A DNA stretch of 64,000 bases from Candidatus Poribacteria bacterium (GTDB lineage: Bacteria; Poribacteria; WGA-4E; WGA-3G). A program made the translations under genes and the position numbers. The stretch is taken from positions 2,368,001-2,432,000 of the forward strand of contig OZ242029.1 in assembly GCA_965205015.1 (NCBI GenBank), in the 5' to 3' direction. The notes beneath the pieces were generated by a model that ran no database searches, was not told the DNA's origin, and worked only from the letters and a program-made list of their open reading frames with translations. Shown here in pieces: positions 31,089-42,129 of this stretch; position 1 is the first letter of the stretch; each line of letters begins with the position of its first letter.

Positions 31089-31475
31089 ATGAACGGTTAT
31101 TACGGCATTGGAGAGGTTTTCGTTAAAGTCGCCAACCTTGAGCGAGCAGCAGATTTTTACCGAGATCTGCTCGGATTTGAAGTCGTCGAGCGCAACAATC
31201 GCCAACTTTATATCTACTTAGATAATGGGCATCTTGTCCTCAAAGAAACCGGTTCACCAGGGCATGATGCAGGGGGACCCATGCACTTTGCTTTTGTGAC
31301 AAGCACTGATCGAATTAATCAACTCGTCAAACAATTCGCTTCTTTGCCTTATCAGACTCGCGGACCTTTTGATTTTGATGACCCGCGCGGTAAATGTCGG
31401 GCTTTCTTCATCTTTGATCCGGACGGAAACGAAATTGAATTTAATGACCTCTACTGTCCAGAAAATTCGACTTAG
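31089..31475 (+). CDS. VOC/glyoxalase family protein
   Basis: FYRDLLGF, HFAF, DPDGNEIE. Confidence 0.9.
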   Translation: MNGYYGIGEVFVKVANLERAADFYRDLLGFEVVERNNRQLYIYLDNGHLVLKETGSPGHDAGGPMHFAFVTSTDRINQLVKQFASLPYQTRGPFDFDDPRGKCRAFFIFDPDGNEIEFNDLYCPENST

Positions 31476-31508
31476 AGACCATTATCGTATCGTGAGGAAA
31501 ACCTAAAA

Positions 31509-32303
31509 ATGCTAACCCAGTCAGAAATTGATGCCTTCGTTGAAAACGGCTATATCATTCGTAAGGGGGCACTCTCTGAAACCGACATCCGCATCTATCG
31601 GAATGCTATTGATCGGATTCTCCACAAGTGCCGTGTTGAAGGTTTACACGCTGATTACTTGCGCTATATAGATGGCGAACGCGATGATATCTGGGGGGTC
31701 AATAACATTTTTCATCCAAGCATTCGTGAGCAAGCACTCGTTGACGCGCTTGCACACCCCCAGATATTAGATGTCATTGAAGCACTTATCGGACAAAGGT
31801 TAAGGTATTACCTTTGCACGCTCCTCGTCAGCTCCGAACGGAAACCGTATCACATCAACTGGCATCGAGATTCTGCACCCGATGGGGAGGTCCCGCTGGA
31901 AACCCTCCAGAGTCGGCTCAGGAGCCACGTCCAACTCAACGGTGCGCTTTATGACGATGAGACCCTTTACATCGTCCCGGGTAGCCATCGGCGTGAACTC
32001 ACAGATGCTGAGCGTACTGTTATACGACAAACCCCAAAGGCAGCGATGCCGAACCAATGGGTCGTTGAACTGAAAGCCGGTGACATTGTCTTTTACAACT
32101 CAAGCCTGCTCCACAAAGGATGCAACCTTTCTGGGGCAAAACGGCAGACCCTCCACTATGCTGTTCTCACTGCACCTTCGGAAAATGAACCCTCAAATCT
32201 ACAGAGTCCGACCAGTCAAGAATGGCTCGACGAACCCACTTTTTTAGGGAGCCTCCCCGAACGGCTCAAACCCCTCTTTGACAATTGGTTGAAATATGGG
32301 TAA
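31509..32303 (+). CDS. PhyH family dioxygenase
   Basis: WHRD, PGSHRR, GDIVFY..LLHKG. Confidence 0.9.
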   Translation: MLTQSEIDAFVENGYIIRKGALSETDIRIYRNAIDRILHKCRVEGLHADYLRYIDGERDDIWGVNNIFHPSIREQALVDALAHPQILDVIEALIGQRLRYYLCTLLVSSERKPYHINWHRDSAPDGEVPLETLQSRLRSHVQLNGALYDDETLYIVPGSHRRELTDAERTVIRQTPKAAMPNQWVVELKAGDIVFYNSSLLHKGCNLSGAKRQTLHYAVLTAPSENEPSNLQSPTSQEWLDEPTFLGSLPERLKPLFDNWLKYG

Positions 32304-32381
32304 CCACAGCACCGGTTCTTTCTGTAGGAGCGATCTCCTGGTCGCGATTTTTATTTTCTTGAGAATTGAGGTAAATAAGCA

Positions 32382-33110
32382 CTAATCTCTGTGGCAAATC
32401 ATCGCAGTAATCCAACAGAATCGCTTGAGGAATGGAAGGCATTTCAGGAAAGCTATATCAATCGCCTTGAGGATGCGAAGGCTCCACCGATAAAATAGTG
32501 GAATAGAAATGCATTTCTGCCAGAATAGTGCACTCACTGCGGAGAGATGAAATTCACGGTGCTCCAACTGCTCAAATTCAGCACCGACGGTTTCAATGTC
32601 CCTCACTGAAAAGTAGCGCAGTTTACCCGAATACTTCAGAAACATTTTTCGGTATAGCCACACCATCGGGTGATGGCGCATGTTTTCCATGAAGATCGCC
32701 TTTCCCCCCGGTTTGAGAACGCGATAGCACTCTTTCGCAACGTGTTTATGATCCGTGAAAACCAATACGGATTTGGAAATGATAAAATCGAAGGTGTTAT
32801 CGGGAAAGGCGAGATGCATCGCATCCATCAGTGCAAAATTAACCGCCTCAACGACGTTGTGTTCCGCTGCGCGCGCCTGCGCTTCAACGAGTCGAAAAGG
32901 CAGTAAATCTATACCGACAACAGAGGCACCCCGTTTCGCCAGTAGCGTCGCAGTGCCACCAGTACCGGTACCGAGTTCCAGAACCTTTTTCCCTTCCAGA
33001 TTCCCCATTTTCGGGAGGACGTACTCGAAGATGGGAAGATAAAAATCTTCCCACCAGAGTAAAAGATCTGTTTCAACACTGGATTGTGTAGGCGCGAGTT
33101 TTACTTGCAA
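32382..33110 (-). CDS. Class I SAM-dependent methyltransferase
   Basis: VLELGTGTG, FDFI, RVLKPGG. Confidence 0.88.
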   Translation of the reverse strand: MQVKLAPTQSSVETDLLLWWEDFYLPIFEYVLPKMGNLEGKKVLELGTGTGGTATLLAKRGASVVGIDLLPFRLVEAQARAAEHNVVEAVNFALMDAMHLAFPDNTFDFIISKSVLVFTDHKHVAKECYRVLKPGGKAIFMENMRHHPMVWLYRKMFLKYSGKLRYFSVRDIETVGAEFEQLEHREFHLSAVSALFWQKCISIPLFYRWSLRILKAIDIAFLKCLPFLKRFCWITAMICHRD

Positions 33111-33208
33111 TTCTTAACCAAAAACGCAGCTTGCAACAACGGCGCAAGCGGATATACAGAGAGGCGCGCACTCATAAAAAACCTACGTCGTTCTTCCGCA
33201 AGGTATAA

Positions 33209-33970
33209 TTAAAAAATTTTCCCCATCTTTCGTAGATTTTCGATGCAGCGTTCAGCACATTCAATCGGCGGATAGGCGTAACTCTCTTGCTCAACAATGT
33301 ACCACTCTGTGCCACCGACAGTTTCACAGGCATCGAACACAGCCTCCCACGGAATCTCACCTTCACCGACGTTTGCCTTGTCATTCGTGGCGGAATACTC
33401 TTTCAGGTGTACCAATTTCGATCTACCGGGGTAGCGTTCAATATACGATACAGGGTCGGCACCGGCGCGAAGGGCATGACCAATGTCAATTTGCATCACG
33501 ACATCATCGCGGGTATTACCCCCGAATGTATCCCATGGCAGCTTACCTTCCATGGGTGTAAATTCACCCGTGTGATTGTGGTAACCCGTAAACATCTCCT
33601 GATCGGCGATTTTTTCAGCAATATCGTTGAAGAGTTTTGCTGTGTTAAGCCACGCTTGTTGTGAACCTTGATACTTCGCAGGGAGTCCGGGCACAATCAG
33701 ATACGGATTGCCGAGTTCCTTGTTGAACGCAACCGTTTTAGCGAGTTCATCGCCGAGAAGTGTATCTATCCCTGTATGCGTCCCGGCAACTTTCAATCCG
33801 AGGTCATCGCACATCCCGCGTAATTCTTCAGCAGTCCGATCATAGTAACCCGCAAACTCAACACCTTCATACCCCATCTGTGCGACGGCTTGGAGTGTTA
33901 AAGAGAGGTCGCCTGCACAATCGTCTCTGACGGAATACAGTTGTAGTGCAATTGGAATTCTATCGCTCAT
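33209..33970 (-). CDS. Sugar phosphate isomerase/epimerase (xylose isomerase-like TIM barrel)
   Basis: ALQLYSVR, GVEFAG, YHNH, HLKE, VEQE. Confidence 0.9.
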   Translation of the reverse strand: MSDRIPIALQLYSVRDDCAGDLSLTLQAVAQMGYEGVEFAGYYDRTAEELRGMCDDLGLKVAGTHTGIDTLLGDELAKTVAFNKELGNPYLIVPGLPAKYQGSQQAWLNTAKLFNDIAEKIADQEMFTGYHNHTGEFTPMEGKLPWDTFGGNTRDDVVMQIDIGHALRAGADPVSYIERYPGRSKLVHLKEYSATNDKANVGEGEIPWEAVFDACETVGGTEWYIVEQESYAYPPIECAERCIENLRKMGKIF

Positions 33971-34023
33971 AAAGTTCTCCTGACGTTCCTATGGGTGTTG
34001 TCTGAAACCGCACCCGTCATACG

Positions 34024-35043
34024 TTACGACATCGGCAAGTTAACGACCTGCCCACTATCTGCCGACACCAATCCCGCCTCAAGAATTTCTTGGGCATCTC
34101 GGCTCACCTTGGCATTACAGAGTCCTTCGATCGCTTCCCCTGTCTCTAAACAGTGGATGAGGTATTCCGCAGCGTTGCGTCTACCCGCTGCGAGTGGTTC
34201 AGGGGTGACGACTTCAGCATCACCATTTGCTGGGTGCAGGTGAACTTCGTTACCGCTTACCATGAGCGCACCCTCAGTGCCATAGACGACTGGATTCGGT
34301 GTGATATAACCGACCTTTTGAGTCCAAGAGGCTTCCGTGAGTCCGAAGGCGTTACCGTATTTCATGAGGATAACGGCGTTGTCGTCAGGGATTGGGTAAT
34401 CTTTGACGAAGGTACCGCGGAACGCCGTTACCTGCTGTGGCAGCCCGAGGAGGTAGGCGCACATATCAGCGCAATAGCAGCAGTAATCCATCAACGCGCC
34501 TGCCCCATTCTTCTCTTCATCGTAGAGCCACTCATAGAAGTAGCGGGAGCACCCGATCTCCATCGGTCCGTTGTGTGCGGAACGCCACTTGAAATAGAAA
34601 ACGTCGCCAATTGCCCCGTCTTTGATGAGGTTCATTGCAGTGTTGAGCGGTGGACTCCATGCTGTGGGCCAATTCACCATCAATACGATACCGGCGTTCT
34701 CCGCTGCGGCAAGCATCCGATCCGCTTGCGAGAGTCGTGCCGCCATCGGCTTTTCGGATACGACGTGGATACCTTTTGCCGCTGCTGCCTCGACAATGTC
34801 GGCCCCCGCATTGTTCTCTGCTGCCGCTTGAACAATATCTAATTCCTCTTTCTCCACCATTTCTTGCCAAGAGTTATAGACGTTCTCGATACCGACTTCT
34901 GCGCTGAATTGGGCGCGTAATTCCGCGTTGACATCACCTGCGGCGACAATTTCAACGTTCGGATGTGCCTTCCAGTGGCGAAGTTCGCCCCATACATGAT
35001 CGTGCACGAGGGATGCGAAGCCGACGCGATACGTTTTTGCCAT
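34024..35043 (-). CDS. Gfo/Idh/MocA oxidoreductase
   Basis: HVVSEKPMA, GAGALMDY. Confidence 0.9.
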   Translation of the reverse strand: MAKTYRVGFASLVHDHVWGELRHWKAHPNVEIVAAGDVNAELRAQFSAEVGIENVYNSWQEMVEKEELDIVQAAAENNAGADIVEAAAAKGIHVVSEKPMAARLSQADRMLAAAENAGIVLMVNWPTAWSPPLNTAMNLIKDGAIGDVFYFKWRSAHNGPMEIGCSRYFYEWLYDEEKNGAGALMDYCCYCADMCAYLLGLPQQVTAFRGTFVKDYPIPDDNAVILMKYGNAFGLTEASWTQKVGYITPNPVVYGTEGALMVSGNEVHLHPANGDAEVVTPEPLAAGRRNAAEYLIHCLETGEAIEGLCNAKVSRDAQEILEAGLVSADSGQVVNLPMS

Positions 35044-35119
35044 TAATTATGCCTCCTATGCGCGTGATACCAGCGCACGGTGTATGTGCGCTTAAAACGC
35101 ACGATTTTTTTGAATTTGT

Positions 35120-36172
35120 TTACTCTTCGGCTCGAACCGCGATTTTAATCGCTGTTTCACCCTTAATACGGTAGTCCCCATTGAGTGCATGAAAACCATC
35201 TGCGACCCGTGAGAGCGGGAGTTGATGGCTAATCATGTCGGCGAAGGGTAAGTTGCTCTGTTCAAGGAGGGGTAAGCCGCGGACAAAGTGTTCGTAGCTG
35301 CTTCCCCAGATAGCCTCCACACGCAGATTTTTACGCATCAGTAATTGGTTAATGTTGAAGTCAATGGACCCCATATCCACAAAGTGCCCCACCTCAACAA
35401 AAGTACCACTCCGTCGGGTGTACCCTAATCCTTCCGGCGTTGCAGGCAGAAAACCGGCACATTCAAAAACGACATCCGCCCCCTCTTTACGGGGTGTTTC
35501 CGCTTTCACGAGTTCAGTCCGTTCCTCGACGGAAGTGACGTCCTCAATGTTAATTGTTACGTCGGCACCGAGGCGTTTGGCGAGTTCTAATCGTCCAGCA
35601 GGTCCGCCGACCATAATTGCTTTTGCGGCACCGCTCAATTTCGCACACGCGAGCGTCACAAGTCCGATAGCACCGGAACCTTGCACAACGACGGTATCCC
35701 CCAGTTTTATCTCACCCCGCATTGCGGCATGAACACCGATAGTGAACGGCTCTGTGAGCACAGCAACCTCAGGCGACGCATCGGTTTTCATGAAGCACGT
35801 GTTTGGATAGTTGAGATACATATAATCCGCAAACCCACCACGAAAGTGTGGTGCCTCATCTGGATTCCACTGAAAGCCGTAAGCACCGTAGTTTGTTCCG
35901 GGCGCGAAGATAACCCGGTCTCCCTCTTTAACTGATTTGCCCACATAGTCTGTTTCCACACCTGTCCCGAGTGCTTCAATGATACCGACGTTCTCATGTC
36001 CGAGTAAAACTTCTTGTTGGAAACCGTTCTGCCAGTTGTGAAGGTCCGTTCCGCAGATCCCTGCTAACTCCTGACGAAGCAGCACTGTGTTAGGTTCAGG
36101 TTCCGGGACCGGATATTCGCGAATTTCAAAATCTTGACCACAAGCGACGACAGCTCTCCCTGTCCGGCTCAT
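35120..36172 (-). CDS. Zn-binding dehydrogenase
   Basis: CGTDLH, GHE, GSGAIG. Confidence 0.9.
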   Translation of the reverse strand: MSRTGRAVVACGQDFEIREYPVPEPEPNTVLLRQELAGICGTDLHNWQNGFQQEVLLGHENVGIIEALGTGVETDYVGKSVKEGDRVIFAPGTNYGAYGFQWNPDEAPHFRGGFADYMYLNYPNTCFMKTDASPEVAVLTEPFTIGVHAAMRGEIKLGDTVVVQGSGAIGLVTLACAKLSGAAKAIMVGGPAGRLELAKRLGADVTINIEDVTSVEERTELVKAETPRKEGADVVFECAGFLPATPEGLGYTRRSGTFVEVGHFVDMGSIDFNINQLLMRKNLRVEAIWGSSYEHFVRGLPLLEQSNLPFADMISHQLPLSRVADGFHALNGDYRIKGETAIKIAVRAEE

Positions 36173-36236
36173 ATTTGGTTCTCCTTAGGTTCATTTTTGG
36201 GTAGCGCGCGTTATTGCACACTACCCTTAGTTTTGT

Positions 36237-36521
36237 TCATACATATCTCCGTTTCTTTCGGGAGATAAGCACAATAACAATAATCGCGACAATCGTAATT
36301 GGCAACCAGAATGCTTCAAAAATTTCCCAGAAAAAGTTAAATCCGATCCACAGTAGGACTTCAATCCCGACGATAAGGGCTGTTTTGTTCCACGGAAAGT
36401 CGGCACTGTACTGTTTTTTTAACCGACTGGCATATATCCACGAGACCACCAAAGTCCCAACAATAGCGACGAAAAATAGAAGATTGACGAGCCCTTGTAT
36501 GCCGTTTAAGATGCTTAACAT
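36237..36521 (-). CDS. Small three-TM membrane protein
   Basis: aaggag RBS before ATG 36521; three hydrophobic segments and a basic tail. Confidence 0.7.
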   Translation of the reverse strand: MLSILNGIQGLVNLLFFVAIVGTLVVSWIYASRLKKQYSADFPWNKTALIVGIEVLLWIGFNFFWEIFEAFWLPITIVAIIVIVLISRKKRRYV

Positions 36522-36638
36522 GAGAATTTCACTCCTTTGTAGCAGGGCTTTGTAAGCCCAAATTCCTTTTATCCCTATAGAGACGCGGCATCCCAAAAAG
36601 ATAGCAAAAACTACCCGACGCTCCTTTTCATTTTTTTG

Positions 36639-37475
36639 CTATTCAGAATGAACACGTTCTGGGCAACTATAGACTGCCATGCTCTGCCCCCGCATGAAAC
36701 CTATTAACGTGAGGTTCCCCTCTTTGGCAAGATCTACGGCGAGTGTAGATGCCGCGGAGACAGCGGCGATAATCGGGATACGTGCAAAAAGTGCTTTCTG
36801 GACGATTTCAAAACTGGCGCGTCCGCTCACCATCAGAATATGTTGCTCAAGCGGGACCAAGCCAGCGAGTAACGCGTGTCCAATCACTTTATCGACAGCG
36901 TTGTGTCTACCTATGTCTTCTCTGATAATTAGGAGTTCACCCTTTTCGTCGAATAACCCAGCGGCGTGGAGTCCACCCGTTCTTTCAAAAACGGATTGTG
37001 CTTTTCTTAACCGATCATTGAGTTTATAGAACACTTCTTGATTGACATGGAACCTTGAGTTCAACGGCGACACCTGCTGTCTAACGGATTCAATCGTCAT
37101 TTTGCCACAGAGTCCGCAGCTCGCATTTGCGTGAAAATTCCGCTGCCACCCCGATTCGGCATCAAGGTCCAGTTCCTCCGTCAGACGAACGTTGACGATA
37201 TTCTGCAACGATGATAAACCCGCAGGCTGCGTTTCAGACGGGTCTTCATCGCAGTAGGCAATAATTTCGATATCATCACCAGAGGCGATGAGGCTTTCCG
37301 TATAGAGAAAACCCGCGGCGAGTTCAAAATCGTGTCCGGGGGTCCGCATCACAACGATTAAACTCTGTTGTCCCACCCGAATCTCAAGTGGTTCTTCAAC
37401 AACCAATACGTCTTCGACCTCGGTGGGTTCAGTAGCTGCCCAACGCGTAATAAGTTTTGTGGATGTCGGTTCCAT
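36639..37475 (-). CDS. fdhD: Formate dehydrogenase accessory sulfurtransferase FdhD
   Basis: EEPLEI, MRTPG, SCGLCG, TGGLHAA, EDIGRHNAVDK. Confidence 0.95.
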   Translation of the reverse strand: MEPTSTKLITRWAATEPTEVEDVLVVEEPLEIRVGQQSLIVVMRTPGHDFELAAGFLYTESLIASGDDIEIIAYCDEDPSETQPAGLSSLQNIVNVRLTEELDLDAESGWQRNFHANASCGLCGKMTIESVRQQVSPLNSRFHVNQEVFYKLNDRLRKAQSVFERTGGLHAAGLFDEKGELLIIREDIGRHNAVDKVIGHALLAGLVPLEQHILMVSGRASFEIVQKALFARIPIIAAVSAASTLAVDLAKEGNLTLIGFMRGQSMAVYSCPERVHSE

Positions 37476-37513
37476 TTTTTTAATTTCCGTGCCTAAACGT
37501 TCACGCAGACATT

Positions 37514-39559
37514 TTATTCAGCGTTCATGGTTGCTAAGCCATTAGAAGTTGCTAACCATACTCTATTGTTCACTACGACGAGAGACCCTACTATTAATTC
37601 GCCCGTGAGTATCTGGGGTGTCGTTGTGTACTCCCATACATCGGCAGAGCGCGTGTGATGTGTGTACAGGTCTTTATTCGTCGCTATCCACAGGACCAAC
37701 GGAATTTGTGGCGCGGGGGGAGGGGGTTCAATTTCTGACCCTTCTGTTTCTGATGGAAATTCGGATATTGTCGGTTCCGGTGTTTCTTCCGGTACTGCTT
37801 CAGGTTCTTTTTTGGCTATCGGTGAAGTGTCCAGAGCGCCTCTGATGTAGATGTTTCTTAAGTCGTTTTCATTTTCTATGCCGGTGCCAAGTGTCGTCGA
37901 TTTTCCATTGCTACCATCCATGTCTGCTCGAAAGTAACCGTTGGATTTTTCATCGGCATTGAACCATGTAAAGAGCAACTGCTCTTCTGCAATATCAAGT
38001 CCTACAACCTTCATGCCCGCTCGGATTTCTGTAGAGTGATAGGAGTCCCACTCCTCTTTTTCCCGGTCGAACATGATGACATCTCCTGCTGCGGAAGTGC
38101 TCCAAATCGTTTGAGGCGTTAGCAACAGGGTCTCGATATCGTTTGCTGGTAGGAGACTGTTGTGGGTATTGTAATAGAGAAAAGGGTCGACGCTTCCGCG
38201 GATCCGCCGTATGATTCCGGTATCTGTGGCGAACCAAATCTCCGCTTCATCCATTTTAATGTCCTTAATCCAGGCAGGGAATCCTTCTGCTGGGGAATAG
38301 TTTATGATTTTGCCCGTTAGGTGGCTGTAGTGGATCGCGCCTTGGGAACGCGTGCCAATCCACGCTTCTTGCGAGTTTGCTGCGACGGCTGTAACATCCG
38401 GCACATTTCCCAAAGCCGTGTTAATAAGTTCGGCGATGGGTTCAAACGGTATCCATTTGTCAAACGCAGTCTCGAATAGCATTATCCCTTTTGGTGTACC
38501 TATCCATAACCGTGTGTCATCGGTTGTCATGGCTTGGATGTGGTTGTCGGGGAGCCCATTGGCATCGGTGTAAACCGTCCATTTTGTCTGATCCAGAATC
38601 TGTTTCGCGCGTTCTTTTATCTTTTCATCTCCGCTAATCTCGCTGACGTGGATTGCTTCATTCGCAGCCGCTTCCAGTCTCCCCAGTTTCAAATTGACAG
38701 CCGCTCGGATGAGGTGTGCCTCATAGATCCACTCACTTTCCGAATAGCGCGTAACAAATCTGTCTAAGGTATGCAGTGCATTTTCCAACTGCTCCATATC
38801 CGCTCGCAACTTTCCAATCAGGAAAAGTGCTTTTTCGTGGTACGCCGTGTCGGGATGATCTTGGATTGCAGCTTCGAGAAGGGATAATCCGGCACTGGGG
38901 TCCGCCAGTTGTTCGATGAGCAGAAATCCAGTCTGATATTTCAACCCGGATACGTCTGGATGATCCGGATAATAGGTGAGAATGAGTTGGTAGCTATCCA
39001 CTGCTACATCGTAAGCCTCGTTAGCGAAGGCAATATCCCCAAGTTCATGAAAGAGTGGAACAAGATCGAAACTTGGAGCATCAAGGATGGCTACAAAACG
39101 AAATCGTTCCAATGCGTTCGCATTGTCACCATTTGCTTTGTAAAGTAATCCGAGTTGGTAGTGCGCATCTGGGTATTTCGGAAATTCTTCAATAGCGGCT
39201 TCAAATTGTTTTTTGGCGTTTTTGGGAAGTCCTAACTCCAGGAGTGTAAGTCCATTGTGAAAATGCTTTGCGGCGATTCGGTCCGGAACATGTGTCAAAT
39301 CTGACGTAAACTTGAGGGTGTGACCTGCCAATGGAAGTTGTAAAATCTGCCCGTTGTACTCAATCTCAAAATGGGTGTCGGTGCCTCCGCGCCAATGCCC
39401 GGTGAGTCTATCGCCGTTTTCATTGTCCACAATGACATATTGTTGGCTATAGGAAAAGTGCTGGAAAACGAATAGGAGGGTTGATGCTATCAATGTAAAT
39501 AGACAGTAAACGTTTTGTTTTTTAATCTGTATGTTTTTTATGCGTTTCTGATGCAACAT
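37514..39559 (-). CDS. Secreted TPR plus beta-propeller protein
   Basis: Signal peptide, TPRs, GLPDNHI..LWIGT propeller repeats, Pro/Glu-rich linker. Confidence 0.8.
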   Translation of the reverse strand: MLHQKRIKNIQIKKQNVYCLFTLIASTLLFVFQHFSYSQQYVIVDNENGDRLTGHWRGGTDTHFEIEYNGQILQLPLAGHTLKFTSDLTHVPDRIAAKHFHNGLTLLELGLPKNAKKQFEAAIEEFPKYPDAHYQLGLLYKANGDNANALERFRFVAILDAPSFDLVPLFHELGDIAFANEAYDVAVDSYQLILTYYPDHPDVSGLKYQTGFLLIEQLADPSAGLSLLEAAIQDHPDTAYHEKALFLIGKLRADMEQLENALHTLDRFVTRYSESEWIYEAHLIRAAVNLKLGRLEAAANEAIHVSEISGDEKIKERAKQILDQTKWTVYTDANGLPDNHIQAMTTDDTRLWIGTPKGIMLFETAFDKWIPFEPIAELINTALGNVPDVTAVAANSQEAWIGTRSQGAIHYSHLTGKIINYSPAEGFPAWIKDIKMDEAEIWFATDTGIIRRIRGSVDPFLYYNTHNSLLPANDIETLLLTPQTIWSTSAAGDVIMFDREKEEWDSYHSTEIRAGMKVVGLDIAEEQLLFTWFNADEKSNGYFRADMDGSNGKSTTLGTGIENENDLRNIYIRGALDTSPIAKKEPEAVPEETPEPTISEFPSETEGSEIEPPPPAPQIPLVLWIATNKDLYTHHTRSADVWEYTTTPQILTGELIVGSLVVVNNRVWLATSNGLATMNAE

Positions 39560-39738
39560 AATTTGCTTACCTTCAAAATGTCTGTTGATTAATATAGGGT
39601 TATAATATCAGAAAGACCCAGAAAAGTCAAGGAAGTTTGAGGCACGTTCAGCCCCTCAATGCCATCTTGCTGACTGTTGAAAATCGAGTACCTCTGTACT
39701 TGATATCGAATCGACTATCCGTTATAATAGTACCTGTC

Positions 39739-42129
39739 ATGAACGAAATCGCACTTCCAATTACAGAATTAAAAGAGACGTTCCAGGGGACAATCGTAGC
39801 AGGTCCTGTGGTGGTTGTAGCACCGACCGGTAGTGGAAAATCGACACAAATTCCGTCGTGGTGTGCTGAACTATCGGATGCCCCAGTACTTGTTGTTGAA
39901 CCGAGGCGCGTCGCCTGCCGTTCGCTTGCCCGGTGGGTCGCGAAACAGCGCGGCGAACCGTTAGGACGTTCCGTCGGTTATACGGTCCGTTTTGAAGACG
40001 TTGGCTCCGACGCTTTAACCCGCATCCGTTTCGTCACACCTGGTGTCGCTTTGCGGTATGCTGCAGGGTCGGAGTTGGATCAATACGGAACCATCATCTT
40101 GGACGAATTCCATGAACGCGGTGTGGAGACGGATCTCTTTCTCGCGATATGCCGGAAAAAACGACGTGATGCGAGGCTCGTTATTATGTCTGCTACGATA
40201 GCCGCGCAGCATCTCGCGCAGTTTATGGGGGGGCGGGTGCTACGGGCGGAGGGACGTGTCTATCCCGTCGCGGTGCGGTATCTCGGTGGGACAGTCGTCC
40301 CGACATCCGATGATTTAGTAAAACGTATTGAAAAGGGCGTTAAGCGGGCACTCAAAGAGACCACCGGAAATGTTTTGGTTTTCCTACCGGGGAAGGGTGA
40401 GATTAATGAATGCCACGACGCACTTCGTAAGATGCGACACATCGAGATTGTTCCACTACACGGAGATCTACCCCCCGATGCACAGGATATAGCTTTCGAG
40501 ACGCAATCCCAACACCGTCGTGTTATTCTCGCAACCAACGTCGCTGAGACATCGATTACACTTCCCGGTGTCACTGCCGTCGTAGATACAGGTTTAGTGC
40601 GTCAGCGTATCCATCAGAACCGGCGCATCGTTTTAGCCTTACGTCCGATCTCTCAAGCGTCAGCAGAGCAGCGTCGCGGACGAGCCGGTCGCCTCGGACC
40701 GGGAATCTGCTATAGACTCTGGGAGGAACGGGGTCAACTTGAACAGGAAACACTGCCAGAGGTGCGGCGGGAGGATTTGACGCAATTTGTGCTTACAGTC
40801 GCTTCGACCGGCTTTCGTCCACAGGATTTGACGTTTCTCGATGCGCCGCCCGACTTCGCAGTGGAACGTGCGCAAACTGCGTTGAAAAGTTGGGGTGTCC
40901 TCTCTGATGATGGCATGCTCACAGCGGAAGGCGCGAAGATCTGCGCGTTGCCTGTCAATCCACTGCATGCCCGGCTGCTCGTAAAAGCTCCACCCTCTCT
41001 CCGACGCGATCTGATCGATTTGATTGCCACTCTGGAACGTCCCGCCCCGTTATGGCAGCGTATGGCACGTATGCCGATTGAAAAGCAGGAGGCTGTTCAG
41101 ACTGCACGCCAGAAAGACCTATTTCGCGACGGATGCGATGCCACGACGGCGATCCGAACGTTACGCTGCGGCGATGAGAAACGCCATCATCTCCATAGAA
41201 CCGCCATTGCCGAGTGCCGCAGGATCGCGACGCAGCTCAGGACGTTCTTTCAATTGCCACCTGTGATGCAAGAAAGCGCATCGCCGCAACCTGACCGAGC
41301 CGCGCTGATTGCTTATCTTTTACGGGAGTGGGACGCTTCTGCTTACGTCCGCAGACGAAAGGGGAAGGCATGGGGAAACGGACAGGAGGAGGTTTTGCTT
41401 GATTCCGATTCATTGCTGCCGGAAGGACAGCCCGCCGCGCTGATCTTGGAAACCGTTGGTGTTGGCAAAGGCACACGCGTTCAATTGCTCGGACGCGCTG
41501 CCATGCCTTGCGCTTTCGCCGCCCTCGTCGATGCTGGGATTGGCACTTCACACCTTGCTGCACCCAGAGTGGAGGGTGAAGACATTGTTGCGGAGGTGGT
41601 AACCGAGTATGCAGGAAGAGAGATCGGACGCGAACGTCGTCCTCTCCACGGGGCATTGCTGAGAGAGGCACTGGCATCCGTCATTCTTTCGGGAGATCTG
41701 TTCCCCGGCGTTGCGGAACACCTCACACGAGCGATTGGGGCGTGGCAACTGCAGTGTGCCCTCAATCCTGATGCGCCTCCCGCGGAAACCGCAGATGTGA
41801 CACCCCACACATGGTTGGTCTCGCGACTCGCGCTGTTGGGTGTTGAAGTCGCAGAGGAATGCCAACTCCTCTCTCCAGATGATCTCATATTTACTGAGAT
41901 AGACACCGACACCATCACTGAAATTGAAGCGCAATATCCGAAAGAATTCTCTGTCAACGGTGCTAAATTCGATGTAGAATACAATCCCGCCCAAAAATTG
42001 GTGACGTTGCGATGGCAGCGCGGTATCCGTCAACCCACATTGAGTACAGTCCTGCTACCCCGCTGGAACAATTGGAAAGTCCAAGTTGACCTCCGGGGGC
42101 AGCTGCGGACGGTGCGTCCCCCTTCTTAA
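39739..42129 (+). CDS. hrpB: HrpB-like ATP-dependent RNA helicase
   Basis: [36 protein letters not shown]; TTGATA-N17-TATAAT ends 10 nt before ATG 39739. Confidence 0.88.
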   Translation: MNEIALPITELKETFQGTIVAGPVVVVAPTGSGKSTQIPSWCAELSDAPVLVVEPRRVACRSLARWVAKQRGEPLGRSVGYTVRFEDVGSDALTRIRFVTPGVALRYAAGSELDQYGTIILDEFHERGVETDLFLAICRKKRRDARLVIMSATIAAQHLAQFMGGRVLRAEGRVYPVAVRYLGGTVVPTSDDLVKRIEKGVKRALKETTGNVLVFLPGKGEINECHDALRKMRHIEIVPLHGDLPPDAQDIAFETQSQHRRVILATNVAETSITLPGVTAVVDTGLVRQRIHQNRRIVLALRPISQASAEQRRGRAGRLGPGICYRLWEERGQLEQETLPEVRREDLTQFVLTVASTGFRPQDLTFLDAPPDFAVERAQTALKSWGVLSDDGMLTAEGAKICALPVNPLHARLLVKAPPSLRRDLIDLIATLERPAPLWQRMARMPIEKQEAVQTARQKDLFRDGCDATTAIRTLRCGDEKRHHLHRTAIAECRRIATQLRTFFQLPPVMQESASPQPDRAALIAYLLREWDASAYVRRRKGKAWGNGQEEVLLDSDSLLPEGQPAALILETVGVGKGTRVQLLGRAAMPCAFAALVDAGIGTSHLAAPRVEGEDIVAEVVTEYAGREIGRERRPLHGALLREALASVILSGDLFPGVAEHLTRAIGAWQLQCALNPDAPPAETADVTPHTWLVSRLALLGVEVAEECQLLSPDDLIFTEIDTDTITEIEAQYPKEFSVNGAKFDVEYNPAQKLVTLRWQRGIRQPTLSTVLLPRWNNWKVQVDLRGQLRTVRPPS

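Noticed and set aside
34153-34842. Long antisense ORFs (also 255-752, 22251-22832, 62513-63133 and others)
   Set aside because: Shadows of well-supported genes on the opposite strand, with no recognisable motifs
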